DNA of 32,000 nucleotides from Acinetobacter oleivorans DR1 (GCF_000196795.1 NC_014259.1:4027178-4059177); one strand, 5' to 3'. Shown: positions 14,557 through 24,327, counted from the stretch's first letter. Numbers and translations: made by a program. The notes: generated from the sequence alone by a model not told the origin.

Positions 14557-14685
14557 ATACAGGAACAGGATGTTCCGGAACACAAAACAACAATAATAGG
14601 TTCATGCATCAGGACGTGAGATACGACAGGAGTCATATCTAGCAACCAAATACGAAAAAGCCCGACAGGATGTCGGGCTTTTTTT
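14557..14685 (+). ncRNA. CsrA/RsmA-sponge-like sRNA, copy 3 (about 129 nt)
   Basis: Six GGA motifs. The terminator stem GCCCGAC/GTCGGGC (14660..14678) carries a compensatory A>G / T>C pair relative to copies 1 and 2. It is followed by T7. Confidence 0.6.
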
Positions 14686-14691
14686 ATATTC

Positions 14692-15207
14692 TTATTTTTC
14701 TGCTAAATAACTTCTTACACGTGCATCATTGAGTAAAGTCATTACCCCTTCTGCAATACATCCATTTAAATCTTGTACTAACACACCACTCGTATGAGGA
14801 ACGGTAAATGGAATAGTTTGTCCATTTCCTAAAGTCGCTTCGAATTTAATTTTACTGCGCCAGAAAAGCAGATTGGTGTAGGTACTACGTAATGAATTTA
14901 CTTTAATCGCAATCGATTTCGATCCATTACCATCAACAGGTTGACCATTTTTCAATAGTTCCTTTTGAGTCTGTTGTACCATCGTTTCTGTAATAGACTT
15001 AATACTAGAGTCCAGTTTTGTGCCCATATAAGAATATACAATCACTCGTTCATCTGAAGTTTGAGCATTGGTCACATCTGCCTTACCAATAACCTTCACA
15101 GGTTGAATTAAACCTGCACGTAGAGGGTACTCTGTACTTACGTAAGGCATTGTCCCACAAGCAGTTAATATAAGAGAGCAAATTGAAATAATGAATAAGT
15201 TACGCAT
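14692..15207 (-). CDS. Lipoprotein of unknown function (171 aa)
   Basis: Signal peptide with lipobox (LILTAC). Confidence 0.6.
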   Translation of the reverse strand: MRNLFIISICSLILTACGTMPYVSTEYPLRAGLIQPVKVIGKADVTNAQTSDERVIVYSYMGTKLDSSIKSITETMVQQTQKELLKNGQPVDGNGSKSIAIKVNSLRSTYTNLLFWRSKIKFEATLGNGQTIPFTVPHTSGVLVQDLNGCIAEGVMTLLNDARVRSYLAEK

Positions 15208-15363
15208 TGATATTTTCCAAGAAATCTATTGTGATTTATATTTAAGTCTAAGCGCCGCGTATCTTAATGTAAGTTAAAGAGAATTTGATGACAAAAACAA
15301 AATAATTTTAAAAAAATATAATATATACAGTCATTTTTTATAATTAATTAGATATGTATAAAC

Positions 15364-15390
15364 AAATAAAAACCCCACTCTAAAGTGGGG
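15364..15390 (-). terminator. Rho-independent terminator of the prp operon
   Basis: Stem CCCCACT/AGTGGGG (15373..15390), followed on the minus strand by TTTTTATTT. It lies about 35 nt after the acnD stop. Confidence 0.75.
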
Positions 15391-15425
15391 CTCTTAAAAC
15401 CGTATCAATTATTTTTAACTCAATG

Positions 15426-18032
15426 TCAAGCCACTTGGCTTTCTAAAAAGTCTTGTGCAAAACGCTGTAATACACCGCCCGCTTCATATACAGAAACTTC
15501 TTCTTCTGTATCTAAACGGCAAGTCACTGGCACTTCAAGAATCTCTTCTTTACCATCCGCTGTGGCACGTTCAATCACTAAGGTTAAAGTCGAACGTGGC
15601 GCAATATTACCAATCACACTATAAAGCTCAGTACCATCTAGTTTTAAAGTCTTGCGGTTTACACCCGGTTTAAACTCAAGCGGTAACACACCCATACCTA
15701 CTAAGTTGGTACGGTGAATACGCTCAAAACCTTCTGCCACAATCGCTTCAACACCTGCAAGGCGCACACCTTTTGCAGCCCAGTCACGGCTTGAACCCTG
15801 ACCGTAGTCAGCACCCGCAACAATAATTAATGGCTGTTTACGGTTCATGTAGGTTTCAATCGCTTCCCACATACGCATCACTTCGCCTTCTGGCTCTACA
15901 CGCGCTTTTGAACCTTGCTTAATGGTACCGTCTGAGCGCACTACCATTTCGTTATACAGTTTCGGGTTGGCAAATGTTGCACGTTGTGCAGTCAAATGGT
16001 CGCCACGGTGCGTTGCATATGAGTTGAAGTCTTCTTCTGGTAAGCCCATTTTGTGAAGGTATTCACCCGCAGCCGAGTCCATCAAAATCGCGTTTGAAGG
16101 CGACAAGTGGTCGGTGGTGATGTTGTCACCCAAAATCGCAAGTGGACGCATGTTCGCCAAAGTACGTGGTGCAGCCAACGCCCCTTCCCAATATGGTGGA
16201 CGGCGGATGTAAGTACTTTGTGGACGCCAGTCGTAAAGTGGACTTTCAGCTTCTTCCGTTACACCTAAGTCAAACATTGGAATGTAGACTTTACGGAACT
16301 GTTCAGGCTTCACAGCTTCTTTAACTAACGCATCAATTTCAGCATCAGATGGCCAAATGTCTTTGAGGTAAATCGGTTTACCGTCTTTGTCATGACCTAA
16401 AGCATCTTTTTCAATATCAAAACGAATCGTACCCGCAATTGCATACGCCACGACAAGCGGTGGAGATGCCAAGAATGCTTGTTTTGCATATGGATGGATA
16501 CGGCCATCGAAGTTACGGTTACCAGAGAGTACTGCTGTTGCGTACAAGTCACGGTCAATAATTTCTTGTTGAATAACTGGATCTAACGCGCCTGACATAC
16601 CATTACAGGTCGTACAAGCGTAAGCCACAATACCAAAACCAAGTTGCTCTAAGTCTTTTAGAACACCTGCTTCTTCAAGGTAAAGTGCAGCCGCTTTTGA
16701 ACCCGGTGCAAATGATGATTTCACCCAAGGTTTACGAACCAAACCAAGTTCATTTGCCTTACGTGCCAACAAACCTGCCGCCACGGTGTTACGTGGGTTA
16801 GAAGTGTTAGTACATGAAGTGATTGCAGCAATAATGATTGCGCCATCTGGCATTAAGCCGTCAGAACGGTTTTCGACAACACCCGCAATACCTTTTTCTT
16901 TTAGGTCCGCAGTTGAAACACGTGCATGTGGGTTTGATGGACCAGCGATGTTACGTGTCACTTTTGATAGGTCAAAACGAAGTACACGTGGGTACTCTGC
17001 TTTGGTCATGTCAGATGCCCAAAGACCGATTTCTTTTGCGTACTGTTCAACCAATGCCACTTGAGCATCTTCACGGCCTGTTAGGCGTAAGTAATCGATT
17101 GTGTTTTGGTCGATGTAGAACATCGCAGCAGTAGCACCATACTCTGGTGTCATGTTCGAAATGGTTGCACGGTCGCCCACAGACATGCTGTCTGCACCTT
17201 CACCAAAGAACTCAAGGTAAGCACCAACCACACGCTCTTTACGCAAGAACTCGGTTAAAGCAAGTACGATATCTGTTGCAGTAATGCCTGCCTGACGCTG
17301 ACCTACAAACTCAACGCCAATAATGTCTGGCAAACGCATCCAAGATGCACGGCCTAACATTACGTTTTCAGCTTCTAAACCACCTACACCCACAGAAATT
17401 ACGCCCAAAGCGTCTGTATGTGGTGTGTGTGAGTCTGTACCGACACATGTGTCTGGGAATGCTACGCCATCACGCGCCTGAATCACCGGAGACATTTTCT
17501 CTAGGTTAATCTGGTGCATAATGCCGTTCCCCGCAGGGATCACATCGACATTTTTAAATGCTGTTTTAGTCCACTCAATAAAGTGAAAACGGTCTTCGTT
17601 ACGGCGGTCTTCAACAGCACGGTTTTTTGCAAAAGCGTCTGGGTCAGCACCACCGTATTCCACCGCTAAAGAGTGGTCGACAATGAGCTGTGTCGGTACA
17701 ACTGGGTTAACTTTAGATGGGTCGCCGCCTTTGTCAGCAATCGCATCACGTAAGCCTGCAAGGTCAACCAATGCAGTTTGACCCAAAATGTCATGACACA
17801 CCACACGCGCTGGGTACCAAGGAAAGTCCAAGTCCTGACGGCGTTCAATCAACTGCGTTAAATAGGCAGTTAAGTTCTCGGCATCGGCACGGCGTACCAA
17901 TTGCTCTGCGAGTACTTTAGACGTGTAAGGCAGTTTTTCGTATGCGCCTGGCTGAATATCTTCAACGGCTTGACGCACGTCGTAATATTCAAGCTGGGTA
18001 CCTGCCAGCGGTTTACGGTATTTTGTGTTCAT
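15426..18032 (-). CDS. acnD: Fe/S-dependent 2-methylcitrate dehydratase, aconitase family (AcnD type)
   Basis: 868 aa. The N-terminus [48 protein letters not shown] is AcnD-like as I recall it. Aconitase cluster-ligand regions are present (TDSHT, CTTCNG). Its ATG overlaps the prpC stop (TAATG). Confidence 0.85.
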   Translation of the reverse strand: MNTKYRKPLAGTQLEYYDVRQAVEDIQPGAYEKLPYTSKVLAEQLVRRADAENLTAYLTQLIERRQDLDFPWYPARVVCHDILGQTALVDLAGLRDAIADKGGDPSKVNPVVPTQLIVDHSLAVEYGGADPDAFAKNRAVEDRRNEDRFHFIEWTKTAFKNVDVIPAGNGIMHQINLEKMSPVIQARDGVAFPDTCVGTDSHTPHTDALGVISVGVGGLEAENVMLGRASWMRLPDIIGVEFVGQRQAGITATDIVLALTEFLRKERVVGAYLEFFGEGADSMSVGDRATISNMTPEYGATAAMFYIDQNTIDYLRLTGREDAQVALVEQYAKEIGLWASDMTKAEYPRVLRFDLSKVTRNIAGPSNPHARVSTADLKEKGIAGVVENRSDGLMPDGAIIIAAITSCTNTSNPRNTVAAGLLARKANELGLVRKPWVKSSFAPGSKAAALYLEEAGVLKDLEQLGFGIVAYACTTCNGMSGALDPVIQQEIIDRDLYATAVLSGNRNFDGRIHPYAKQAFLASPPLVVAYAIAGTIRFDIEKDALGHDKDGKPIYLKDIWPSDAEIDALVKEAVKPEQFRKVYIPMFDLGVTEEAESPLYDWRPQSTYIRRPPYWEGALAAPRTLANMRPLAILGDNITTDHLSPSNAILMDSAAGEYLHKMGLPEEDFNSYATHRGDHLTAQRATFANPKLYNEMVVRSDGTIKQGSKARVEPEGEVMRMWEAIETYMNRKQPLIIVAGADYGQGSSRDWAAKGVRLAGVEAIVAEGFERIHRTNLVGMGVLPLEFKPGVNRKTLKLDGTELYSVIGNIAPRSTLTLVIERATADGKEEILEVPVTCRLDTEEEVSVYEAGGVLQRFAQDFLESQVA

Positions 18033-19189
18033 TAACCACGCTCCGCCAATGGTTTAAATTCGAGGTTTTCAGGGCCTGTGTAGTTCGCGCTTGGACGAAT
18101 AATTTTGCCGTCTTGGCGTTGTTCAATCACGTGCGCTGACCAGCCTGCTGTACGTGCAATCACGAACAATGGTGTGAACATTGCAGTTGGAACACCCATT
18201 AAGTGATAGCTCACTGCACTGAACCAATCGAGGTTCGGGAACATGTTTTTCACTTCTTTCATCACTGCTTCTAAACGTTCAGCGATGAGGTACATTTTGG
18301 TATTCTCTTGTGCTTGTGCTAAGTCATGCGCCACTTTCTTAATTACTTCGTTACGTGGGTCAGAAACTGTATATACAGGATGACCAAAACCAATTACGAC
18401 TTCTTTATTTTCAACACGCTTACGAATGTCAGCTTCTGCTTCATCTGCGTTGTCATAACGTTGTTGAATTACGAATGCAACTTCGTTTGCACCTCCATGC
18501 TTAGGTCCGCGAAGCGCACCAATACCACCTGTAATTGCCGAGTACATGTCAGAACCTGTACCTGCAACCACACGTGAGGTAAATGTAGACGCGTTGAACT
18601 CGTGCTCAGCATACAAAATAAGAGATGTATGCATTGCTTGAATCCATTCTTCAGATGGTTTTTCGCCATGAAGTAAATGTAAGAAATGTGCTGCAATTGA
18701 GTCGTCATCAGTTTCAACTTCAATACGACGACCGTTATTGCTGAAGTGGTACCAATAAAGCAGCATTGAGCCTAGGCTTGCCATTAATTTATCAGCAATG
18801 TCTTTTGCGCCAGCTTCGTTATGGTCTTCGTGTTCTGGCGTTAAGCAACCTAACACTGATACACCTGTACGCATCACATCCATTGGGTGTGCAGACGGTG
18901 GTAATTGCTCAAGTGCAGTTTTAAGTGCTGCTGGTAAGCCACGAAGTGCTTTTAATTTTGCTTTATACGCTTTGAGTTCAGCTTTGTTTGGTAATTTGCC
19001 ATGTACAAGCAAGTGAGCAACTTCTTCAAACTGGCTACCCGCCGCAAGGTCAAGAATGTCATAGCCACGATAGTGCAAGTCGTTACCACTACGTCCTACG
19101 GTACACAGTGCTGTGTTGCCTGCAACTTGTCCGCTAAGTGCAACTGATTTTTTTGGTTTGAAGCCTGTTGTTGTTTCATTTGAGCTCAT
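18032..19189 (-). CDS. prpC: 2-methylcitrate synthase
   Basis: Citrate-synthase family ([16 protein letters not shown] motifs), positioned between prpB and acnD. Confidence 0.9.
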   Translation of the reverse strand: MSSNETTTGFKPKKSVALSGQVAGNTALCTVGRSGNDLHYRGYDILDLAAGSQFEEVAHLLVHGKLPNKAELKAYKAKLKALRGLPAALKTALEQLPPSAHPMDVMRTGVSVLGCLTPEHEDHNEAGAKDIADKLMASLGSMLLYWYHFSNNGRRIEVETDDDSIAAHFLHLLHGEKPSEEWIQAMHTSLILYAEHEFNASTFTSRVVAGTGSDMYSAITGGIGALRGPKHGGANEVAFVIQQRYDNADEAEADIRKRVENKEVVIGFGHPVYTVSDPRNEVIKKVAHDLAQAQENTKMYLIAERLEAVMKEVKNMFPNLDWFSAVSYHLMGVPTAMFTPLFVIARTAGWSAHVIEQRQDGKIIRPSANYTGPENLEFKPLAERG

Positions 19190-19255
19190 AAGAATGTCCT
19201 TTCCTATCTATTTAAATTATTTGGGGAACACGGCATATGTACCGTGTTTTACTTC

Positions 19256-20140
19256 TTATTTCTTTTTAGCAAATGCGTTGTCTAAGTAGTCTTCAAACGC
19301 ATAGTAGTTAATGCGTTCATATAACTCTTTACGCGTTTGCATAATATCAACCACGTTCTTTTGCGTGCCTTCTTTACGCAAGGTTTCATACACAGTTTCG
19401 GCTGCTTTGTTCATGGCACGGAAAGCAGAAAGCGGATAAAGCGCAAGGCTTACATCGGCAGATGCTAACTCTTCAGTCGTAAATAGTGGTGTAGAACCAA
19501 ACTCGGTAATGTTTGCCAAAATTGGTGCGCCTGTCTTCTGAGCAAATTGCTTGTACATATCAAGCTCGGTAATTGCTTCAGGGAACAACATGTCTGCGCC
19601 CGCTTCGATGTAGGCACCCGCACGGTCAATTGCAGCTTGTAAGCCATCTACGGCCAATGCATCAGTACGTGCCATAATCACGAAGCTGTCATCACCACGT
19701 GCATCGACCGCAGCTTTAATACGGTCAACCATTTCTTCTTGAGTCACAATGGCTTTGTTCGGACGGTGTCCACAACGTTTTGCGCCCACTTGGTCTTCAA
19801 TGTGCATTGCCGCAGCACCAAACTTGATAAGTGCTTTTGTAGTACGAGCAATGTTAAATGCAGAAGCGCCAAAACCTGTGTCCGCATCGACTAATAATGG
19901 AAGATCACATACATCGGTAATACGGCGTACGTCTGTCAACACATCATCAAGGTTACTGATTCCTAAATCAGGTAAGCCTAAAGAACCAGCGGCTACACCA
20001 CCACCTGATAAGTAAATCGCTTTATAACCTGCACGTTTTGCCAAAAGTGCATGATTGGCGTTAATGGTTCCAACCACTTGTAATGGCTTTTCTTGGGCTA
20101 CTGCATCGCGAAATAGCTGACCTGCGGATTGTTTAGCCAT
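19256..20140 (-). CDS. prpB: 2-methylisocitrate lyase
   Basis: PEP-mutase/isocitrate-lyase superfamily (KRCGH motif). I place the start at ATG 20140 ([10 protein letters not shown]), which has AAGGAG 9 nt upstream. The track ORF extends spuriously to 20254 inside the regulator gene. Confidence 0.9.
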   Translation of the reverse strand: MAKQSAGQLFRDAVAQEKPLQVVGTINANHALLAKRAGYKAIYLSGGGVAAGSLGLPDLGISNLDDVLTDVRRITDVCDLPLLVDADTGFGASAFNIARTTKALIKFGAAAMHIEDQVGAKRCGHRPNKAIVTQEEMVDRIKAAVDARGDDSFVIMARTDALAVDGLQAAIDRAGAYIEAGADMLFPEAITELDMYKQFAQKTGAPILANITEFGSTPLFTTEELASADVSLALYPLSAFRAMNKAAETVYETLRKEGTQKNVVDIMQTRKELYERINYYAFEDYLDNAFAKKK

Positions 20141-20843
20141 TGTTATGTTCTCCTTGTGCTTGTAGCAGTGTTTGCTCAATAATTTTGTAAGAAGCATTGA
20201 TATGTCGATGCATGAGCAGCTCGGCAAGTTCACCATCACCTTCTGCAATTGCATCTAAAATACGGATGTGTTCGTCCCAAGCTTTGCTCGGACGATCGGG
20301 TGTGTTTGAAAACTGAATTCGGTACATACGGATGAGGTGATAAAGCTCATCGCATAGCATTTTTTCTAGGGTTTTATTGCCACTACTTTTGATAATGCAG
20401 TAGTGAAAATCGTCCTGCCCTTCTTGCAAGTAATATCCTTTACCTGCTTTAAAGTTTTCATCTTCGGCATGCATACGCAAAACATCACGTAATGCCAAGA
20501 TTTGCTTTTTATCAATATGCTGTGCCGCAAGTTTGCAAGCCAAACCCTCTAAAGACGCACGAATCTGATAAAGCTCTTTAAACTGTTGCAAGGATAATGA
20601 AACCACGCGCGCGCCCACATGTGCAGTACGCTCAACCAAACGCTGCCCTTCAAGGCGATGAATCGCTTCACGTAAAGGCCCACGACTAATGCCATAAGTA
20701 CGTGCTAGCTCAGGCTCAGAAATCTTGCTACCTGCCGGAATTTGACCCAAAACAATCGCCGTCTGTATTTGTTTAAATACATTCTCGGTCAGTGTTCTTC
20801 CCTGACTTTGTAATGGCTCTGGTGCGAAGGTCAAATCTTGCAT
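20133..20843 (-). CDS. GntR/FadR-family transcriptional regulator of the prp operon
   Basis: N-terminal winged HTH ([29 protein letters not shown]) and an all-helical FCD-like C-terminal domain. The stop overlaps the prpB start by 8 nt. Confidence 0.85.
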   Translation of the reverse strand: MQDLTFAPEPLQSQGRTLTENVFKQIQTAIVLGQIPAGSKISEPELARTYGISRGPLREAIHRLEGQRLVERTAHVGARVVSLSLQQFKELYQIRASLEGLACKLAAQHIDKKQILALRDVLRMHAEDENFKAGKGYYLQEGQDDFHYCIIKSSGNKTLEKMLCDELYHLIRMYRIQFSNTPDRPSKAWDEHIRILDAIAEGDGELAELLMHRHINASYKIIEQTLLQAQGEHNNG

Positions 20844-20855
20844 ATTGTCGACAAT
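20844..20855. promoter_or_regulatory. Perfect 12-bp palindrome ATTGTCGACAAT, candidate GntR operator
   Basis: It abuts the regulator start codon and fits the FadR-subfamily t.GT..AC.a half-site logic. Related sites are TTGTTGACAC (20908..20917), TAGTCTACAA (21095..21104) and TTGTAGACAA (21124..21133). Confidence 0.5.
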
Positions 20856-21123
20856 TTTTAATCAATTATGGCTTTTATAGCGGTATGAATGAAAAAAATC
20901 AAGGTGATTGTTGACACTTTACAGAACGCATCAGGTCAATTTTTATCGTTTGACCTGTTATTTCACCTTATATTTAAACCATTAAACCAATTACCAATTA
21001 GTACTTGTAAAACAGTTATTTAATATTGTTTTACCTATAGATTTATGGCACTTTTTTAGCTGCTTTTCGACCGCTAATCTTTTGTTTCAAACTTTAGTCT
21101 ACAACCAATGTATTACAGCAAGA

Positions 21124-21133
21124 TTGTAGACAA
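21124..21133. promoter_or_regulatory. TTGTAGACAA, second strong TTGT-N2-ACAA site (within the GATTGTAGACAATC near-palindrome)
   Basis: Same motif as 20844..20855, located in the divergent prp/tyrB intergenic region. Confidence 0.45.
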
Positions 21134-21358
21134 TCTGCTTGAATGAAAGCATGAGTTATAAATTAGTATCTATTTACCGTAATTTCTTTTAAATCTTTTT
21201 ATCATTTTCATCCAGAAAATATCGATATTAGTGAAATTATCAGGTGCTTCACGGTAGCTTTATTGATACATTATTGAACATCGACATAGTTGTGGCGTAT
21301 TTTTCGAGACAGAAAAAACCCAGCACTATGCATATTGTTGAATGAAAGGACTTTTTTG

Positions 21359-22573
21359 ATGTTTCAACATATCCCCCCATACGCAGGCGACCCAATTTTA
21401 TCTTTAATGGAACAGTTCAATGCTGATACTCGTTCTGGAAAAGTGAACTTGAGTATTGGTCTTTATTATAACGAAGACAGTATTGTTCCTCAGTTAGAGA
21501 CCATTATTGAAGCGCAAAAGCGTATCGAGCCTAAAAACGGTAAAACCAAACTTTATTTGCCAATGGAAGGCTTCAAACCTTACCGTGAAGCAATTCAAGC
21601 ACTTTTATTTGGTGCAAACAGCCCAGCAGTTAAAGCTGGCCGTGCTGTAACCATCCAAACGCTTGGTGGTTCAGGTGCATTGAAAGTTGGTGCAGATTTC
21701 TTAAAAACTTATTTCCCAAATTCTGACGTTTGGGTAAGCCAACCAACTTGGGACAACCACGTTGCGATTTTCAATGGCGCTGGCATCAAAACTCATTTCT
21801 ACCCATATTTCGATAACGAAACGCGTGGTGTAGATTTTGACGGTATGCTTTCAACACTTAAAACTTTGCCTGAGCAAAGCATTGTGTTATTGCACCCATG
21901 CTGCCACAACCCAACGGGTGCTGACTTAAACCCAGCGCAGTGGGATCAAGTGATTGCAGTATTAAAAGATCGTAACCTTATTCCATTCCTAGACATCGCT
22001 TACCAAGGTTTTGGTGACGGTATGGAAGAAGATGCGTATGCAATCCGTGCTTTAGACCAAGCGGGTCTAAACTTCATTGTGAGCAACTCGTTCTCTAAAA
22101 TCTTCTCTTTATATGGCGAGCGCGTTGGCGGCTTAACTTTCGTATGTGATGATGCAGAAGCTGCTCAGTGCACATTCGGTCAGTTAAAAGCGACTGTACG
22201 CCGTATTTACTCTAGCCCTCCTACAACAGGTGCTTGGTTAGTTGATGAAGTGTTAAATGACGCTGAACTTAACCAGCAATGGCAAGGTGAAGTAAAAGAG
22301 ATGCGTGAGCGTATTATTAAAATGCGTAGCATCTTGAAAGATGAACTTACTAAAGCATTACCAGACCGTGACTTTAGCTACCTTGTAAACCAAAAAGGTA
22401 TGTTCAGTTACACAGGTTTAACTGCTGAGCAAGTTGATATCTTGCGTGAAGAATATGCAATCTACTTAGTACGTAGTGGCCGTATTTGTGTAGCAGGTTT
22501 AAACATGAATAATGTTTACACTGTTGCTAAAGCAGTTGCAGAAGTGCTTGCTAAATCAACAGAAGCAGCATAA
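21359..22573 (+). CDS. tyrB: Aromatic-amino-acid aminotransferase (class I, TyrB/AspC type)
   Basis: [46 protein letters not shown] closely parallels the E. coli TyrB N-terminus as I recall it. It has the [19 protein letters not shown]-lysine motif. The start is at ATG 21359, not the track start at 21290. Confidence 0.9.
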   Translation: MFQHIPPYAGDPILSLMEQFNADTRSGKVNLSIGLYYNEDSIVPQLETIIEAQKRIEPKNGKTKLYLPMEGFKPYREAIQALLFGANSPAVKAGRAVTIQTLGGSGALKVGADFLKTYFPNSDVWVSQPTWDNHVAIFNGAGIKTHFYPYFDNETRGVDFDGMLSTLKTLPEQSIVLLHPCCHNPTGADLNPAQWDQVIAVLKDRNLIPFLDIAYQGFGDGMEEDAYAIRALDQAGLNFIVSNSFSKIFSLYGERVGGLTFVCDDAEAAQCTFGQLKATVRRIYSSPPTTGAWLVDEVLNDAELNQQWQGEVKEMRERIIKMRSILKDELTKALPDRDFSYLVNQKGMFSYTGLTAEQVDILREEYAIYLVRSGRICVAGLNMNNVYTVAKAVAEVLAKSTEAA

Positions 22574-22583
22574 TACATCTATT

Positions 22584-22609
22584 AAAAAAGGCGCTTCGGC
22601 GCCTTTTTT
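22584..22609. terminator. Bidirectional Rho-independent terminator between tyrB and dld
   Basis: AAAAAA-GGCGC-ttcg-GCGCC-TTTTTT. Confidence 0.85.
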
Positions 22610-22620
22610 ATGTCTCGGTA

Positions 22621-24327
22621 TTAAGATTTAGCCTTGCCCCAATATTTCAGTTTTGAGGTATGTCCAATACCTACGTTAAAGCTATTGGTTGGGTCAAGTT
22701 TTTGATAAAAGTTAGCTAAGGCAGGCTTGGCAATGTAAAGATGCCCAACATTATGCTCTGCCGGATATTCAGCACGGCGCGCATCGAGTAACTTCCACAT
22801 TTGATGTTCCATTTCTAAAGGGTCATGGCCCTTTTTAAGAATATAGTCTTGATGGAACACATGACAAAAGAAATGCCCATAATAGAGTTTATGGATGATT
22901 TTATTTTCCATTTCGGCAGGCAGTTGCTCTACCCACTCACGGTCATTACGACGTAACGCAATATCAAGCGCCACAATATCTTCAACTTCACTACGGTGCG
23001 TATCACGATAACGAATTGCAGCTCCTGCAATCGCAAAACGGTGTAAGAACGCTTTTCGGCCTTCCCCTTCGCTACATACGAAATAGCTACCTGACTGATG
23101 CACTGCAAAATATTCTTTTAAAAACTGCTCGGTCTGAGCTTTTGAATTATTTTCGACACGTAGCACTAAATGGTGCTCATAACGATCTCGATATTCGGTC
23201 ATACGCTTAGGCAAATGACTCGGTAAAAAGAAGGTAATCGCCTGTAAAATCTGATCCGTTAAACCTTTAATTTTAAATCTTTCTAAGAAACCATCGACTT
23301 TATCTTTCATCGCAAAAGCTTTGGGAACATTGGCTGTGCCAAATTTTTCAATAAATAAGAACGTGTCTTTTCCGTACTTTTCACCAATCAAGTAAGCATC
23401 TCGGTGAATATATTCACCAGCGATTGGTAGGCTTGGCAGTGAGGTTAGTAAGTAACGGCGAATAGCGGTTAAATCATCGGCATCATTAGTACCAATATAA
23501 AAGACATTACTTTCTACTTTTTCATAAGTATCAAGACGTACCGCAAACACACAGACTTTACCTGCCGAACCCGATGCTTCAAACAATCGTGACGGGTCTG
23601 CATTAAAACGCGCGGGTGTATCTTCATCAACTTGCGTCACATCGTGCGCATAACGATAGTCCGATGCCTGCTTTTCGCCATCATCTAAAATATCTATGGC
23701 TTGATATTTCTGCTTCTCTAAACGCATCAAAATTTCTTCAGGAGTCGAGCCTAAATTCACCCCTAAATGGTTCACCAGCTCTAATTGACCAGCAGTATTC
23801 ACCTGAGCATATAACGCCAGCTCAGTATACGCAGGACCACGGCGTACCAACGCACCACCAGAGTTATTACACACACCGCCAAGTACCGATGCCCCAATAC
23901 AAGATGAACCAATTACTGAATGCGGTTCACGATCATAGCCTTTTAAAATTTGCTCTAAATTATCTAAGGTCGCACCCGGTAAACAAATCACTTGCTTACC
24001 ATCATGAATGACTTGTATGCCTTTTAAACGACGCGTACTCATCACTAAAACAGGACGATCATAATCATCACCATACGGGGTTGAACCGCCAGTGAGTCCT
24101 GTATTCGCCGCCTGCATAATCACAATACAGTCTGCATCAATTGCAGCTTGGAGTACCTGCCATTGCTCTAACAAGGTTCCTGGCACCACCACAGCAAGTA
24201 CTTTCCCCTCACCAAAACGACGACCTTGGCGATACTGACGCGTGCTTTGATCATCAGTCAAAACATGCGAACGCCCTACAATATTCTGTAAACGTTCGAT
24301 CACTACTTGAGGAGAAAATGTTTGCAT
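22621..24327 (-). CDS. dld: FAD-dependent respiratory D-lactate dehydrogenase
   Basis: About 570 aa with an FAD-binding N-terminal region. The N-terminus IVGRSHVLTDDQSTRQYRQGRRFGEG parallels E. coli Dld. The likely start is ATG 24327, with AAGGAA upstream; the track ORF starts at 24351. Confidence 0.85.
   Translation of the reverse strand: MQTFSPQVVIERLQNIVGRSHVLTDDQSTRQYRQGRRFGEGKVLAVVVPGTLLEQWQVLQAAIDADCIVIMQAANTGLTGGSTPYGDDYDRPVLVMSTRRLKGIQVIHDGKQVICLPGATLDNLEQILKGYDREPHSVIGSSCIGASVLGGVCNNSGGALVRRGPAYTELALYAQVNTAGQLELVNHLGVNLGSTPEEILMRLEKQKYQAIDILDDGEKQASDYRYAHDVTQVDEDTPARFNADPSRLFEASGSAGKVCVFAVRLDTYEKVESNVFYIGTNDADDLTAIRRYLLTSLPSLPIAGEYIHRDAYLIGEKYGKDTFLFIEKFGTANVPKAFAMKDKVDGFLERFKIKGLTDQILQAITFFLPSHLPKRMTEYRDRYEHHLVLRVENNSKAQTEQFLKEYFAVHQSGSYFVCSEGEGRKAFLHRFAIAGAAIRYRDTHRSEVEDIVALDIALRRNDREWVEQLPAEMENKIIHKLYYGHFFCHVFHQDYILKKGHDPLEMEHQMWKLLDARRAEYPAEHNVGHLYIAKPALANFYQKLDPTNSFNVGIGHTSKLKYWGKAKS

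Noticed and set aside
12384-14685. The three repeats as integron attC sites or gene-cassette boundaries
   Set aside because: The unit ends are not inverted repeats of each other. There are no R''/R' GTTRRRY-type core pairs and no integrase gene. The unit is longer than attC sites and contains an internal promoter.
12384-14685. The three repeats as MITEs or REP elements
   Set aside because: There are no terminal inverted repeats or target-site duplications. All copies share one orientation, with a promoter-to-terminator organisation.
15385-19016. Multiple 60-98-aa ORFs antisense to or nested in acnD and prpC
   Set aside because: All lie within long, well-supported enzyme genes, and none has independent signals.
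20141-20254. N-terminal extension of prpB (the track ORF starts at 20254)
   Set aside because: The extension overlaps the 3' end of the GntR gene. The internal ATG at 20140 has a strong AAGGAG and gives a canonical PrpB N-terminus. The same reasoning trimmed tyrB (start 21359), dld (24327), lldP (28204), the DUF4126 gene (14113), the TetR gene (1654) and the SDR gene (1971).
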